Shown here: in pieces, positions 11,746 through 22,300 of the stretch
Numbering within the stretch: the first letter of the stretch is position 1
How the letters are laid out: each line of letters opens with the position of its first letter
DNA from: an uncultured Alphaproteobacteria bacterium
GTDB taxonomy: Bacteria > Pseudomonadota > Alphaproteobacteria > Rhizobiales > Xanthobacteraceae
Length of the DNA stretch: 64,000 nt
Assembly: GCA_963838595.1 (NCBI GenBank)
Contig: CAWIRP010000002.1
Span: 299,949 to 363,948 of the forward strand
Reading direction: 5' to 3'
Made by a program: the position numbers and the translations under genes
The notes under the pieces: model-generated
The model's input: the letters and a program-made list of their open reading frames with translations, nothing else
What the model was told of the DNA's origin: nothing
Database searches by the model: none

Positions 11746-12810
11746 GTGAGCCATAAGAAAATCGCCATCGTCGGAACGGGTGCGGTCGGCGGCTATGCCG
11801 GCGCCCATATGGTGCAGGCCGGCGAGGACGTGACCTTCATCGATCCCTGGCCCGAGCATGTCGAGCACATGCGCAAGCACGGCCTGCGCGTCACCCACGC
11901 CATGACGGAGCCGGAGTTCAAGGTGCCGGTGCGCGCGCTGCACGTCACGGACGCGCAGCAGCTCGCCAAGGAGAAGCCGGTCGACATCGCCTTCGTCTGC
12001 ATGAAGTCGTACGACACCGCCTGGGCGACCATGATGATCAAGCAGTATCTCGCGCCGGACGGCTACGTCGTCTCGCTGCAGAACTGCATGAACGAAGAGA
12101 CCATCGCGGGCATCGTCGGCTGGGGCAAGACGCTCGGCTGCATCGCCTCGTCGATCACCGTGAACCTGCCGGAGCCCGGGCTGATCCACCGCGGCGCGGC
12201 CAAGCACGGCGCGGCACACACCGTGTTCCGCGCCGGCGAGCCGCACGGCCGCATCACACCGCGCGCCGAAGAGATCTGCCGGCTGGTCGCTTACGCCGAC
12301 AGCGCCAAGGTCACCAATAACCTGTGGGGCGAGCGCTGGTCCAAGCTCGTCACCAACGCCATGGGCAACGGGCTCTCGGCCTGCACCGGTCTCGGCGGCG
12401 GCGCCATGCTGGAGAGCGAGCCGATCCGCCGCTTCTCCACCCGGATCGGCAGCGAGGCCATCCGCGTCGGCCAGGCGCACGGCTATCAGCTCGAGGAGAT
12501 CCTGCATCTGCCGCCCGAGACGATCGCGCGGGCCGGCGAAGGCGACGAAGAAGCGATGCGCGCCTGCGACGCGCAGCGCTTCAAGGACTCGGGCCGCACC
12601 GCGGCCGGGCAGCGCCCCTCGATGGGCCAGGACATGCAGAAGGGCCGCCGCACCGAGATCGAGTTCATCAACGGCCTGGTGGTGCGCGAGGGCGAGAAGC
12701 TCGGGCTCGCGTGCCGCGCCAACGCGACTCTCGTCGATATCGTGAAGAAGGTGGAGCGCGGCGAGCTCAAGCCCGACCCGAAACACATCACGGAGCTGCG
12801 GCTGAACTGA
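11746..12810 (+). CDS. Ketopantoate reductase (PanE/ApbA) family oxidoreductase
   Basis: IAIVGTGAVGG, MKSYD, SLQNCM, ERWSKLVTN, SMGQDMQKGRRTEIEFING; GTG start with RBS GGGAGG. Confidence 0.85.
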   Translation: MSHKKIAIVGTGAVGGYAGAHMVQAGEDVTFIDPWPEHVEHMRKHGLRVTHAMTEPEFKVPVRALHVTDAQQLAKEKPVDIAFVCMKSYDTAWATMMIKQYLAPDGYVVSLQNCMNEETIAGIVGWGKTLGCIASSITVNLPEPGLIHRGAAKHGAAHTVFRAGEPHGRITPRAEEICRLVAYADSAKVTNNLWGERWSKLVTNAMGNGLSACTGLGGGAMLESEPIRRFSTRIGSEAIRVGQAHGYQLEEILHLPPETIARAGEGDEEAMRACDAQRFKDSGRTAAGQRPSMGQDMQKGRRTEIEFINGLVVREGEKLGLACRANATLVDIVKKVERGELKPDPKHITELRLN

Positions 12811-12822
12811 GAACGCTTCAGT

Positions 12823-15800
12823 TCAGCGGCGAAGGTCGAGCGTTAATGGATAGTCCGGATTGACCGAGACCGGCGACGGCGTCATCGGACCCGCGGTGTG
12901 TCCCTCAGCCTCGAAGCGCGCGAGCCGGCGGCCTTCCGCCTCGTACGCATTGATCGGGAAGATGTCGTAGTTTCGTCCGCCGGGATGCGAGACGTGGTAG
13001 CGGCAGCCCGCGATCGAGCGCCGCGACCAGGTGTCCACCACGTCGAAGGTGAGCGGAACGTGCGTGCGGGATGGTCGGATGCAGCGCCGACGGCGGCGCA
13101 CCACGCCCGATAGCGCACGCCCGCCACCGCTTCGCCGAAGCGTCCGGTCGGCGCGAGCGGAACGGTGCGGCCGTTGCACGCGATCGCGAACCGCTCGCCG
13201 GTCATGCCGCGCACCCTCACCTGCACGCGCTCCAGCGACGAGTTCGACATAGCGCGCCGTGCCGCCGGGCGCGCCCTCCTCGCCGAGCACATGCCAGGGC
13301 TCCAGCGCCTGCCGCACTTCGAGCTCGACGTCGCCCGCATGCACGGCGCCGCAGCGCGGAAAACGGAACTCGAGATGCGGCTCGAACCACGGCAGCTCGA
13401 CCGGCAAGCCGGCGCCTTGCAGGTCGGCGATCACGCCCGCGAAGTCCGTCCACAGGTAGTGCGGCAGCATGAAGCGGTCGTGCAGCGCGGTGCCCCAGCG
13501 CACCAGCTTCTGGCGGTACGGCTTCTCCCAGAACATCACGACGAGCGCGCGGATCAGGAGCTGCTGCGCGAGGCTCATGCGCGCGTGCGGCGGCATCTCG
13601 AACGCGCGGAATTCGACGAGGCCGAGCCGGCCGGTCGGGCCATCCGGAGAGAACAGCTTGTCGATGCAGATTTCGGCGCGGTGCGTGTTGCCGGTGACGT
13701 CGATCAGCAGGTTGCGGAAGATGCGGTCGACCAGCCACGGCGGCACGTGGCCCTGGCCGGGATCGGGGATCGCCGCGAGCGCGATCTCCATCTCGTAGAG
13801 CCCCTCGTGGCGGGCTTCGTCGATGCGCGGCGCCTGACTGGTCGGCCCGATGAACATGCCGGAGAACAGGTACGACAGCGACGGATGGTTCTGCCAATAG
13901 GCGATGATGGAGCCGAGCAGATCGGGGCGGCGCAGGAACGGGCTGTCGGCCGGCGTCTCTCCGCCAAGCACGATGTGGTTGCCGCCGCCGGTGCCGGTGT
14001 GCCGGCCGTCGACCATGAATTTCTCGGCGCAGAGGCGGGTGGCATGCGCCTCTTCGTAGAGCGTGGTCGTGATGTCGACCGCCTCGTCCCAGCTCTTCGC
14101 CGGATGGATGTTGACCTCGATGACGCCGGGATCGGGGGTGACCTTGATGACATTGATGCGCGGATCGGGCGGCGGCGTGTAGCCTTCGACAAGGACGGAA
14201 AGTTTGGTGGTCCGCGCGGTTTCCTCGATCGCGGCAACCAGCGCGGCATAGTCTTCGGCGTCTTCCAGCGGCGGCATGAAGACGCAAAGCTGGCCGTTGC
14301 GCGGCTCGACCGTCAGCGCGGTGCGGACGGCGGCCGATACTTCGCTCGGGCCGGCCTCCGGGCCCGGCGGCGCCTCAAGCGTGACGGTGCGGCGGCGCTG
14401 CATGAGCACCTGCCGCTCCGGCAGCGGCGCCGCATCGGCGAACGGATCGCGCGGCAGCACGTGCGGATAGGCAATGGCAGGCAGCGCCGGCAGCGAGCCA
14501 AGCGGCAGCCGGAAACCGGCGGGCGAATCGCCCGGCACCAGGAACAGCTTGCTGCGCCGCAGGGCCCAGCGCTCCGTCACCCAGCGCCGGCCGCGGTCGG
14601 CGGTTTGCCACGCCTGGATCGGAAGCACGAAGCTGACCGGCGTGTTCAGCCCACGGTCGAACACCGAGATGATGCGCTTGCGCTCCGCTTCATCCTCAAG
14701 CGTATTGGTCTCGGGCGTGACGTTCACCGGAAGCTTCTGCTCGACCAGCATGAAGTGGGTGGTGTCTTCGTACGCCGGCATCGCGCTCGTCGGCGGCACG
14801 CCGAGCTGGCCGCACAGCGCCGTCATGAACCGGTCGGCTTCGGTGATGGTCGCGGGCTTCGCCGTCACCTCGCGGGCAAGGAGCTTCTTGTTGTCCCACA
14901 ACGGCTGGCCGTCGGATCGCCAGTACAGCGCGAAGGCCCAGCGCGGCAGCGGCTCGCCGGGATACCACTTGCCCTGTCCGTAGTGCAGCAGGCCGCCCGG
15001 CGCGAAGCGCTCGGTGAGCCGGCGGACAAGCTCGTCCGCATAGCGCCGCTTGTTCGGCCCGACGGCGGCGATGTTCCACTCGGCGCCCTCCATGTCGTCG
15101 GCGGCGACGAACGTCGGCTCGCCGCCGACCGTGAGGCGCACGTCGCCCGCTTTCAACCGCTCGTCGATCGCGTGGCCGGTGGCGAGGATGTTGCTCCAGG
15201 TCTCTTCGCTGTACGGCTTGGTCACGCGCGGCGCTTCGTAGATGCGCGTGACGCTCATCTTGTAATCGAACTCGACCTTGGCGCCCTCGTGGCTGCCGGT
15301 GATCGGCGCGGCGCTGACCGGATGCGGCGTAGCGGCGAGCGGGATGTGCCCCTCGCCGGCCAGCAGCCCGGACGTCGGATCGAGCCCGATCCAGCCGGCG
15401 CCCGGCAAATAAACCTCCGCCCAGGCGTGCAGATCGGTGAAGTCGTTGTCAGTGCCGGTCGGGCCGTCGAGCGACTTCACGTCCGGCGTGAGCTGGATCA
15501 GGTAACCGGAAACGAACCGCGCCGCCAATCCGAAGTGCCGCAGCATCTGCACCAGCAGCCAGCCGCTGTCGCGGCACGAGCCGGATGTCACGCTCCAGCG
15601 TTTCCTCCGGCGTCTGCACGCCGGGCTCCAAGCGCACCAGATAACTGACGTCGGTTTGCAGCCGACGATTGAGGTCGCACAGAAAGTCGATCGTGACTTG
15701 CCGCTTGCGATCGATGCCGGCGAGATAGCGCTTGAGCAGCGGCCCCGGCGCTTCTGCCTCAAGATACGGTCCAAGCTCCTTCTTCAGGATCGCGTCATAC

Positions 15801-16114
15801 TCGAACGGCCAGTCCTTGGCGCTCTCTTCGACGAAAAAATCGAAGGGATTGATGACCGCCATGTCGGCGACGAGATCGACAGTGACCGAAAAGCCTCCGG
15901 TCTGTTCCGGCAAAACGACACGCGCCAGGAAATTTCCAAACGGGTCCTGCTGCCAGTTGACGAAATGCGTTTTGGGCTCCAGCGTCAGGGAGTAGCTGAG
16001 GATCGGCGTCCGGCAATGCGGCGCCGGCCGCAGCCGTATCACCTGGGGCCCCATCCCGATTTTGCGATCGTAGCGGTAATGCGTTTCGTGAGTCAGAGCG
16101 ACGTGAAGGGCCAT
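12823..16114 (-). CDS. Transglutaminase-domain / DUF2126 (putative amidoligase) protein, ~1100 aa, frameshifted
   Basis: [48 protein letters not shown] (Cys-His-Asp triad), [39 protein letters not shown]-terminus PLTLDLR. Confidence 0.9.
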
Positions 16115-16259
16115 GGGGCTCGCACAATCCTCACAGCGGCGCGGCACAGCGTGACGCGAGCGGCATCCGCAGATACCCGTCCGGCACCCATGCGTTACCA
16201 ACTCATATCCACAGCGACAAGGGAGGCCGCGCCGCCAGACCGCCAGATTGCTCGACAAT

Positions 16260-16276
16260 TGCCCAGGCAATGGGCA
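16260..16276. promoter_or_regulatory. NtrC-like palindromic operator
   Basis: TGCCCA-GGCAA-TGGGCA, a 17-bp dyad resembling TGCACC-N5-GGTGCA, between the divergent DUF2126 and zinc-peptidase genes. Confidence 0.4.
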
Positions 16277-16402
16277 TACGGCCGGAAGATCGGCGGCGAA
16301 TTGGACGAACGCTAGGCATATCGCGGCGCACGGCGCGAGACGCTATGAAGGCGCCGACGCAACATTGGCCGCCGGCCAGACGACGATGGGTCGAAGTCCA
16401 GC

Positions 16403-17456
16403 ATGAGGAACTTCGAGTGCACGAGCTGCAGTAACGAGGTCTATTTCGAGAACGTGCAGTGCCTTCGCTGCAAGCACGCGCTCGGATTTCATCCGGACCG
16501 CCGGGCCATCGTTGCGCTCGAACCGGAGGGCAAAGGGGCTTATCGCGGCGTCGGCGACAAGCGGCAGAGCCAGCTGCTGACCTATTGCGCCAATCACGAA
16601 CATCGCGCGTGCAACTGGCTCACTCCGGCCGAGGACGATCACAAGTTCTGCGTGGCTTGCGTCCTGAACCGGATGATCCCCAACCTGACCGAGACGGGCA
16701 ACCTGCTGGCGTGGCGAGAGCTCGAACGCGCCAAGAAGCGACTGGTGTACTCGCTGCTGCGTTTCGACCTGCCGATGGACGGCACGCGTTGGGGCAAGGG
16801 CCGCCTCGCATTCGATTTCATTCGCAGCGCCACCACCGGCCATCTCGATGGCGTGATCACCATCGACATCGCCGAGGCGGACGAGGTCGAGCGCGAACGC
16901 CAGCGCCAGCATTTCAGGGAGCCGTATCGCTCCCTGCTCGGACATCTCCGGCACGAGAGCGGCCACTTCTATTGGATGCTGCTGGTCGATGCGTCCGGCC
17001 GGCTGCAGGAGTTCCGCAAGCTGTTCGGCGACGAGCGCCAGGAATACGCCAAGGCTCTGGAGAAGCACCACGCCGAAGGTCCGGCGGACGACTGGTCGGA
17101 CCGATACGTTTCGGCATACGCTAGCTCGCACCCTTGGGAAGATTGGGCCGAGACCTGGGCGCTCTATCTGCACCTGGTCGACGCGGTCGACACTGCGGAG
17201 GCGGAAGGGCAGAAGCTGCGAGCCGCGGGCATTTCACTCGCCCGCATCCGGACCCTGGACGACTACGATGCCTATCGAGAAGAAACGTTCAACACTCTGA
17301 TGAAGCGCTGGATCCCGCTCACCCTCGCCATGAACAGCCTGAGCCGCAGCCTTGGCCTTGCGGACTTTTATCCATTCGTGATCCCGCGCCCGCATACAGC
17401 AAGCTGGAGTTCGTCCATCGTCTGGTGCGCGAAGGTCCACGTTCGAAGAATCTGAT
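16403..17456 (+). CDS. Zinc-ribbon plus putative zinc metallopeptidase (DUF2248 family)
   Basis: CTSCSNEVYFENVQCLRC, CVACVLNRMIP, TGHLDGVITI, LLGHLRHESGHFYW (HExxH), YASSHPWEDWAETWA; indel near the 3' end. Confidence 0.85.
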
Positions 17457-17496
17457 GAGCCGCACTCCTTAGCCAATCACAAGAAGGCATAGCCGG

Positions 17497-18612
17497 ATGC
17501 CATCCCCTCCCTTCAAGGCCGACACGGTCGGCAGCCTGTTGCGCCCCAAGCGCCTGCTCGACGCGCGCGACGAGCACAAAGCCGGGAAATTGTCCGACGC
17601 CGCGCTGCGCGCGATCGAGGATGACGAAATCCAGAAGGCGGTCGCGCTGCACAAGGAATGCGGCTTCAAGCACACCACCGACGGCGATTTCCGGCGCCGG
17701 CACTGGTTCATGGATTTCATCGAGCGGATCGACGGGCTGCGGTTCGGCGAGCCGCTGGCGGTGCGTTTCAAGAGCGCGGACGGCAGCGTCTCGTTCTCGC
17801 CGCCGCGCATGGAGCTTTATGGGCGGCTCAAGCGCACGCAGAGCCTGACGCGGACGGACTTCGCATTGCTGAAGCCGGTGGCGGACGCGGCCGGGCTCGT
17901 CGCCAAGGAGTGCATCCCGTCGCCGACGCTGCTGCACTTCCGCTCGACGCGATCGCGCATGCACAGCAAGATCTATCCGGACGTCGATCAGCTCTACGAG
18001 GACATCGCGCAGGTCTATCGCGAGGAGATCGCCGCGCTGTATGCCGCGGGCTGCCGCTACCTGCAGATCGACGAGACCAACATTCCGGGCCACCTGTCCG
18101 ATCCTACGCTGCGCGACGCGGCAAAGAAGGAGGGCGAGGACCCCGACGAACTGGTGGCGCGCTATGCCAAGCTGATCAACGACTCGGTGCGCGATGCGCC
18201 GGACGACATGACCGTGTGCGTCCACATGTGCCGCGGCAATCACGCCGGCGGCTGGTTCGCCGAGGGCGGCTACGATCCGGTCGCGGTGTCGTTCCGCGAG
18301 ATCGACGTCGACGGCTTCTTTCTCGAATACGACACGCCGCGCGCCGGATCGTTCGCGCCGCTCGCCCATCTCGGCAAGGGCAAGACCGCGGTTCTGGGGC
18401 TCGTCACCACCAAGTCGCCCAAGCTGGAGGGCAAGGACGAATTGAAGCGCCGGATCGACGAAGCCGCGAAATACGTGCCGCTGGAGTTCCTGGCGCTCAG
18501 CCCGCAATGCGGCTTCGCGTCGACCATCGAGGGCAATCCCCTCAGCCAGGACGACCAGAAGCGCAAGCTGCAGCTTGTCGCCGAGACGGCGCGCGACGTG
18601 TGGGGTTCGTGA
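17497..18612 (+). CDS. Cobalamin-independent methionine synthase II family (single barrel, YxjH-like)
   Basis: ADTVGSLLRP, TDGDFRR, GCRYLQIDE, Zn ligands HMCRGN / LEYD / SPQCGFAST. Confidence 0.9.
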   Translation: MPSPPFKADTVGSLLRPKRLLDARDEHKAGKLSDAALRAIEDDEIQKAVALHKECGFKHTTDGDFRRRHWFMDFIERIDGLRFGEPLAVRFKSADGSVSFSPPRMELYGRLKRTQSLTRTDFALLKPVADAAGLVAKECIPSPTLLHFRSTRSRMHSKIYPDVDQLYEDIAQVYREEIAALYAAGCRYLQIDETNIPGHLSDPTLRDAAKKEGEDPDELVARYAKLINDSVRDAPDDMTVCVHMCRGNHAGGWFAEGGYDPVAVSFREIDVDGFFLEYDTPRAGSFAPLAHLGKGKTAVLGLVTTKSPKLEGKDELKRRIDEAAKYVPLEFLALSPQCGFASTIEGNPLSQDDQKRKLQLVAETARDVWGS

Positions 18613-19535
18613 TGAACGCGCGCGGCCTGATCGCGGTCGACAAGATGGGCGGCAAGGTGCTGTTCCTCAATCCCGTGACCTATGAAACCGAAATCGTGAT
18701 CGACGGCTTTCCGCGCACCGTGCACGAGCTGCTCGTGGTGCCGGAAACCAACCGCGCCTATGTGCCGATCTTCGGCGATGGCATCCACGGCCGCAATCCG
18801 AACCCGCAGCACCTGCTTTGCGTGTTCGATCTCGAAAAGCGCGCGCACATCGGCAGTATCGACCTGCGGCCCTACATCGCGCCGCACACGCTCAAGCTCG
18901 GGCCGGACGGGCTGATCTACATCACCTGCGAGAACAGCGCCGTGGTCGCGGTGATCGACCGCAAGACCAACAAGGTGGTCGAGGCGATCGATTCCGGCTC
19001 GACCAACGGTCACCGGCTGATCATCTCGCCGGACGGACAGCGGCTCTACACCGAGAACGAGGAGGATGCGACGGTTTCGGTGATCGACCTGCCCAAACGC
19101 AAATTGCTCGGCAAGATCAAGACGCCGCGGCCGCTCGCCGGCATCGCGATCTCGGCGGACGGCCGCACCGTGGTCGGCGTCGACGACGCCGAGCCGAAGC
19201 TGATCCTGATCGACACGGAAGCCGGACAGGTGCGCGAAGAAGTGACGCTCAAGGACGTGCCGAAGGCCGCGCAGATCGCGCGCTACGCACCGGACAACAG
19301 CCTGATCGGCGTCACCAGCCTCAACAGCAACATGGTGAGCCTGATCGACCCGTCATTCCGCGAGCAGACCGCGATCGAGGTCGGCAGTCAGCCGATGGAC
19401 ATGGCGTTCCACGGCGACGAGTTGTTCGTCGCCTGCCAGGGCGACGGCTCGGTGCACGTCATCGACATTCCGGCCCGGAAGCACAAGAAGAGCTTCCAGG
19501 CCGGAGTAGGCTGCGAGTCGCTGGGTTTTTTCTGA
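18612..19535 (+). CDS. YncE/YVTN-type beta-propeller protein, cytoplasmic
   Basis: Repeated blades PHTLKLGPDGLIYITCE, HRLIISPDGQRLYTENE, GIAISADGR, GSQPMDMAF; TGATG overlap with the upstream gene; no signal peptide. Confidence 0.8.
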   Translation: MNARGLIAVDKMGGKVLFLNPVTYETEIVIDGFPRTVHELLVVPETNRAYVPIFGDGIHGRNPNPQHLLCVFDLEKRAHIGSIDLRPYIAPHTLKLGPDGLIYITCENSAVVAVIDRKTNKVVEAIDSGSTNGHRLIISPDGQRLYTENEEDATVSVIDLPKRKLLGKIKTPRPLAGIAISADGRTVVGVDDAEPKLILIDTEAGQVREEVTLKDVPKAAQIARYAPDNSLIGVTSLNSNMVSLIDPSFREQTAIEVGSQPMDMAFHGDELFVACQGDGSVHVIDIPARKHKKSFQAGVGCESLGFF

Positions 19536-20018
19536 TCAGCGTGCGAAGCGCAACGTAAGGCCCTCACCGCCCAGCGCGACGCCGAGACCCACGCTGCCTT
19601 CCACGCTCAGCGGCTGCAAGGCGATCGAATTGGCCGAGCCGCCGACCAGCACGTTGGCGCCAGCACCAAGACCGACCGCGACGGCCGCACTGCCGCCGAC
19701 ATAGGTGCCGGCAAGATCGCCGGGGCCGATCTGGACGGTCGGTGCGAACACACCCCAGACCAGTTGGGTGCCGGCCGACACACCGATGTCGACGCCGACG
19801 CGGCCAACGGTGGCGTTGTAATACTGGCGCGGCATACCTGCGACCGACGGCCTGAACGTGCATTGGAATTGCCGCACCGAGCCGAGAATCAAACCGACCG
19901 AGGGACCCGAGCGGCAGGACAGCACGCCGGCCTGCACCGCGGCCTCGGCAGGCATAACCGAGATCATGCCGAAGAACGCGAATGACGCGGCGACAACGTA
20001 TGAACGAATCGAATTCAT
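19536..20018 (-). CDS. DUF992 family secreted protein
   Basis: Signal peptide, then AGVLSC..GPSVGLILGSVRQFQCTF, LVWGVFAP, GAGANVLVGGSANSIALQPLSVEG. Confidence 0.85.
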   Translation of the reverse strand: MNSIRSYVVAASFAFFGMISVMPAEAAVQAGVLSCRSGPSVGLILGSVRQFQCTFRPSVAGMPRQYYNATVGRVGVDIGVSAGTQLVWGVFAPTVQIGPGDLAGTYVGGSAAVAVGLGAGANVLVGGSANSIALQPLSVEGSVGLGVALGGEGLTLRFAR

Positions 20019-20116
20019 GATGAGCCCCCTGGCCGGTTCTAAAATCGCGCGGCGAATCAACGCGCCGGTGGGCTCGCTTATACAGGATCGGAGTCGATGC
20101 GACACCGCGGGCGGTG

Positions 20117-20353
20117 TTACCGCACTGCACCCGAACCGTTCGTGGTCGGCGGCGACAGTCGCGCCGGATTCGGGATGGTCGCGCCCTGCTGAACGATCGC
20201 CTTGTCGTCCATCCGCGGGCTGCCCTGATAGTTGTATGCGAGCAAGCCCAGCACGACCACGGCAAGCACCAACGTCGCAAGCACGTAGGTGCCAGTCACC
20301 GGGTCGTATTCGAACCGTCCAAATTTTCGTCGAATTTTCACCGATTGGGCCAT
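20117..20353 (-). CDS. Small single-TM hypothetical protein (78 aa)
   Basis: RBS AGGAGA; MAQSVKIRRKFGRFEYDPVTGTYVLATLVLAVVVLGLLAYNY... with a P/T-rich tail. Confidence 0.6.
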   Translation of the reverse strand: MAQSVKIRRKFGRFEYDPVTGTYVLATLVLAVVVLGLLAYNYQGSPRMDDKAIVQQGATIPNPARLSPPTTNGSGAVR

Positions 20354-20374
20354 TGCGTTTCTCCTGAACGGATC

Positions 20375-20400
20375 AACGCCCCGGCCCCTGCTGGTGTTCC
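20375..20400 (-). promoter_or_regulatory. sigma-EcfG-type promoter
   Basis: Minus strand GGAAC-N17-CGTT ending ~21 nt before the ATG at 20353. Confidence 0.6.
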
Positions 20401-20406
20401 TTCGGC

Positions 20407-21383
20407 CTATTCCACCTTGATGCCGGCGCGCTTGACCACCTCGGCCCACTTGGCGATCTCGGCCTTCACGAACGGATCGATCTCCTTGACGCGCCATGGT
20501 GGCAGGCTCGCCCGCGCCGGCGGCGATCTTCTGCCGGATGCCCGGATCGGCGAGCGCCTTCTTCACCTCGGCGTCGAGCTTGTCGATCACCGCCTGCGGC
20601 GTGCCCTTCGGCGCCCAGAGGCCGAACCAGGTGTGATACTCGTAGCCCGGCACGCCGGATTCATCGACCGTCGGCAGTTCCGGCATCAGCGGCGAGCGCT
20701 TCTTCGACGTGATCGCGAGCGCGCGCACCTTGCCTTCCTTGGCAGAGGCTCATCGCCGTCGACATGTTGTCGAAGAACACCGGCACGCGGCCGGAGATCA
20801 CGTCCAGATAGGCCGGCTGCGCGCCCTTGTAGTGGATCGGCTTCATGTCGGTGCCGGTCACCATCTTGAACAGCTCCGGCGCGAGGTGCTGCCCGGTGCC
20901 GTTGCCGGCCGAGGCGTAGTCGACCTTGCCGGGATTCGCTTTCAGATAGGCGACCAGCTCCTTGATCGACTTCACCGGCAGGTCGTTGTTCACCACCACG
21001 AGGAACGGATAGTTCGCGAGCATCGCGACCGGAGTGAAGTCGGCGAGCGGATCGTAGGGCAGCTTGGCGAACAGGCTGGGATTGACCGACATGTTGCCGG
21101 TGAGCCCGACCAGCAGCGTGTAGCCGTCCGGCGCTGCCTTCGCGACCGCCGTGGTGCCGACCAGCATGCCCGCGCCGGTGCGGTTCTCGACCACGAAGCC
21201 CTGGCCGAGCTGCTTGGAGAGCTGATCGCCGATCAGCCGCGCGATGGTGTCGGTGCCGCCGCCGGCCGCGGAGGGCACGACCAGCGTCACCGAGCGCGCC
21301 GGATAGGTTTGCGCGGAAGTCGCCTGCGGCATGCCGATCGCTGCGGCGACGAGCGGCCGCCAGATTCGGATGGTCGCGGTCAT
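20407..21383 (-). CDS. Tripartite tricarboxylate transporter binding protein (TctC/Bug), frameshifted
   Basis: QTYPARSVTLVVPSAAGGGTDTIAR, VENRTGAG, APDGYTLL, YASAGNG, PTVDESGVPG, WFGLWAPKGTP. Confidence 0.9.
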
Positions 21384-21414
21384 GTCGTATCCTCCCTGTT
21401 GGTCCGTCGGCAGT

Positions 21415-22222
21415 CTAATTCAATTCCGCACGAATGCGATCGTATTCCTGCCGCACCTCGTCCTTGCCATAGACGCGCTCCAGCCGCCGCACCGTGAAAT
21501 GGCCGCGGGCGACATCCTGGAAATGGTCGATGAACGCGTAGTTGACCACCGCGCCGCCGAACGCGCCGATCACCGGCACCATCTGCGCGGCGAACTTCTG
21601 CGTCACCACCACGCCGAACCGCGCGGCGATCTGCGTCAGGAACCGCACCAGCAGCGGCGCGCCTTCTTCGACGATGCCGCGCTCGGCGATGTAGCGCACT
21701 GCCTCGGCGGTGGACTTGGCGAGAATTCCGCGCATCACGAAATACGTGCTCTCGGCAGCGTCGTCGCCGGGCGAACCGCCGCCCAGCGCGAACACCTGCA
21801 GGCACGACAGCGCGGTGTCGGGATCGTGCAGGCTTTCGCCTTCGGATCGCGCGATGTCGGCGATCGAGCGCAGCATGATGATGGTGGAGACCGGCAGCTC
21901 GATCGGCAGCGTGGTCAATCCGAACGCGCCGCCGAATGCGCCCGACGCCACCGCGAGAGCTTTTGTGCAGCAGCCGCGAGCCCTCGGCCGGCGCGTCCTT
22001 CATGGTCAGCACCGCGACCTTGAGCGCGGCTTCGAGGCCCTTGTGCGTGGCGGCGGAGATGACCTGCGTCGCGCCGGGCGGCAGCGCCATCGCCAGCAGG
22101 TCGAGCGGCTTGCCGACCATGCCGGCGAGCCGCGCCGGCAGTCCCGGATGCTCCAGCGCCAGCACCGCGGCGCGCAGCGCCTTCAGATCATGGTCGTTCA
22201 CGCGAATGCGCCCTTTCGGCAT
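21415..22222 (-). CDS. EcsC family protein, frameshifted
   Basis: LEHPGLPARLA, GGAFGLTTLPIELPVSTIIMLRSIADIARSEGE, CLQVFALGG, FTVRRLERVYG. Start is 22222 (ATG) or 22201 (GTG). Confidence 0.8.
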
Positions 22223-22239
22223 CAAATACAAGGTGAAGA

Positions 22240-22265
22240 AACGCGGCGCCTGCCGCAACTGTTCC
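22240..22265 (-). promoter_or_regulatory. sigma-EcfG-type promoter
   Basis: Minus strand GGAAC-N17-CGTT directly upstream of the EcsC gene. Confidence 0.6.
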
Positions 22266-22300
22266 GGAGACTGCGCTCGCCAATGGCATGACGGCGGCGA

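Noticed and set aside
13165-15648. 827-aa plus-strand ORF, and similar long ORFs such as 57560-60058, 46245-48155 and 23110-24501
   Set aside because: Antisense or off-frame shadows of real genes in high-GC DNA, with R/A/G/P-rich translations and no family motifs.
17658-19535. Apparent 625-aa protein and other apparent fusions (4161-5678, 50481-52403, 25415-26689, 31211-32626)
   Set aside because: Read-through of off-frame sequence into a real downstream gene; the true starts have their own RBS or stop/start overlap.
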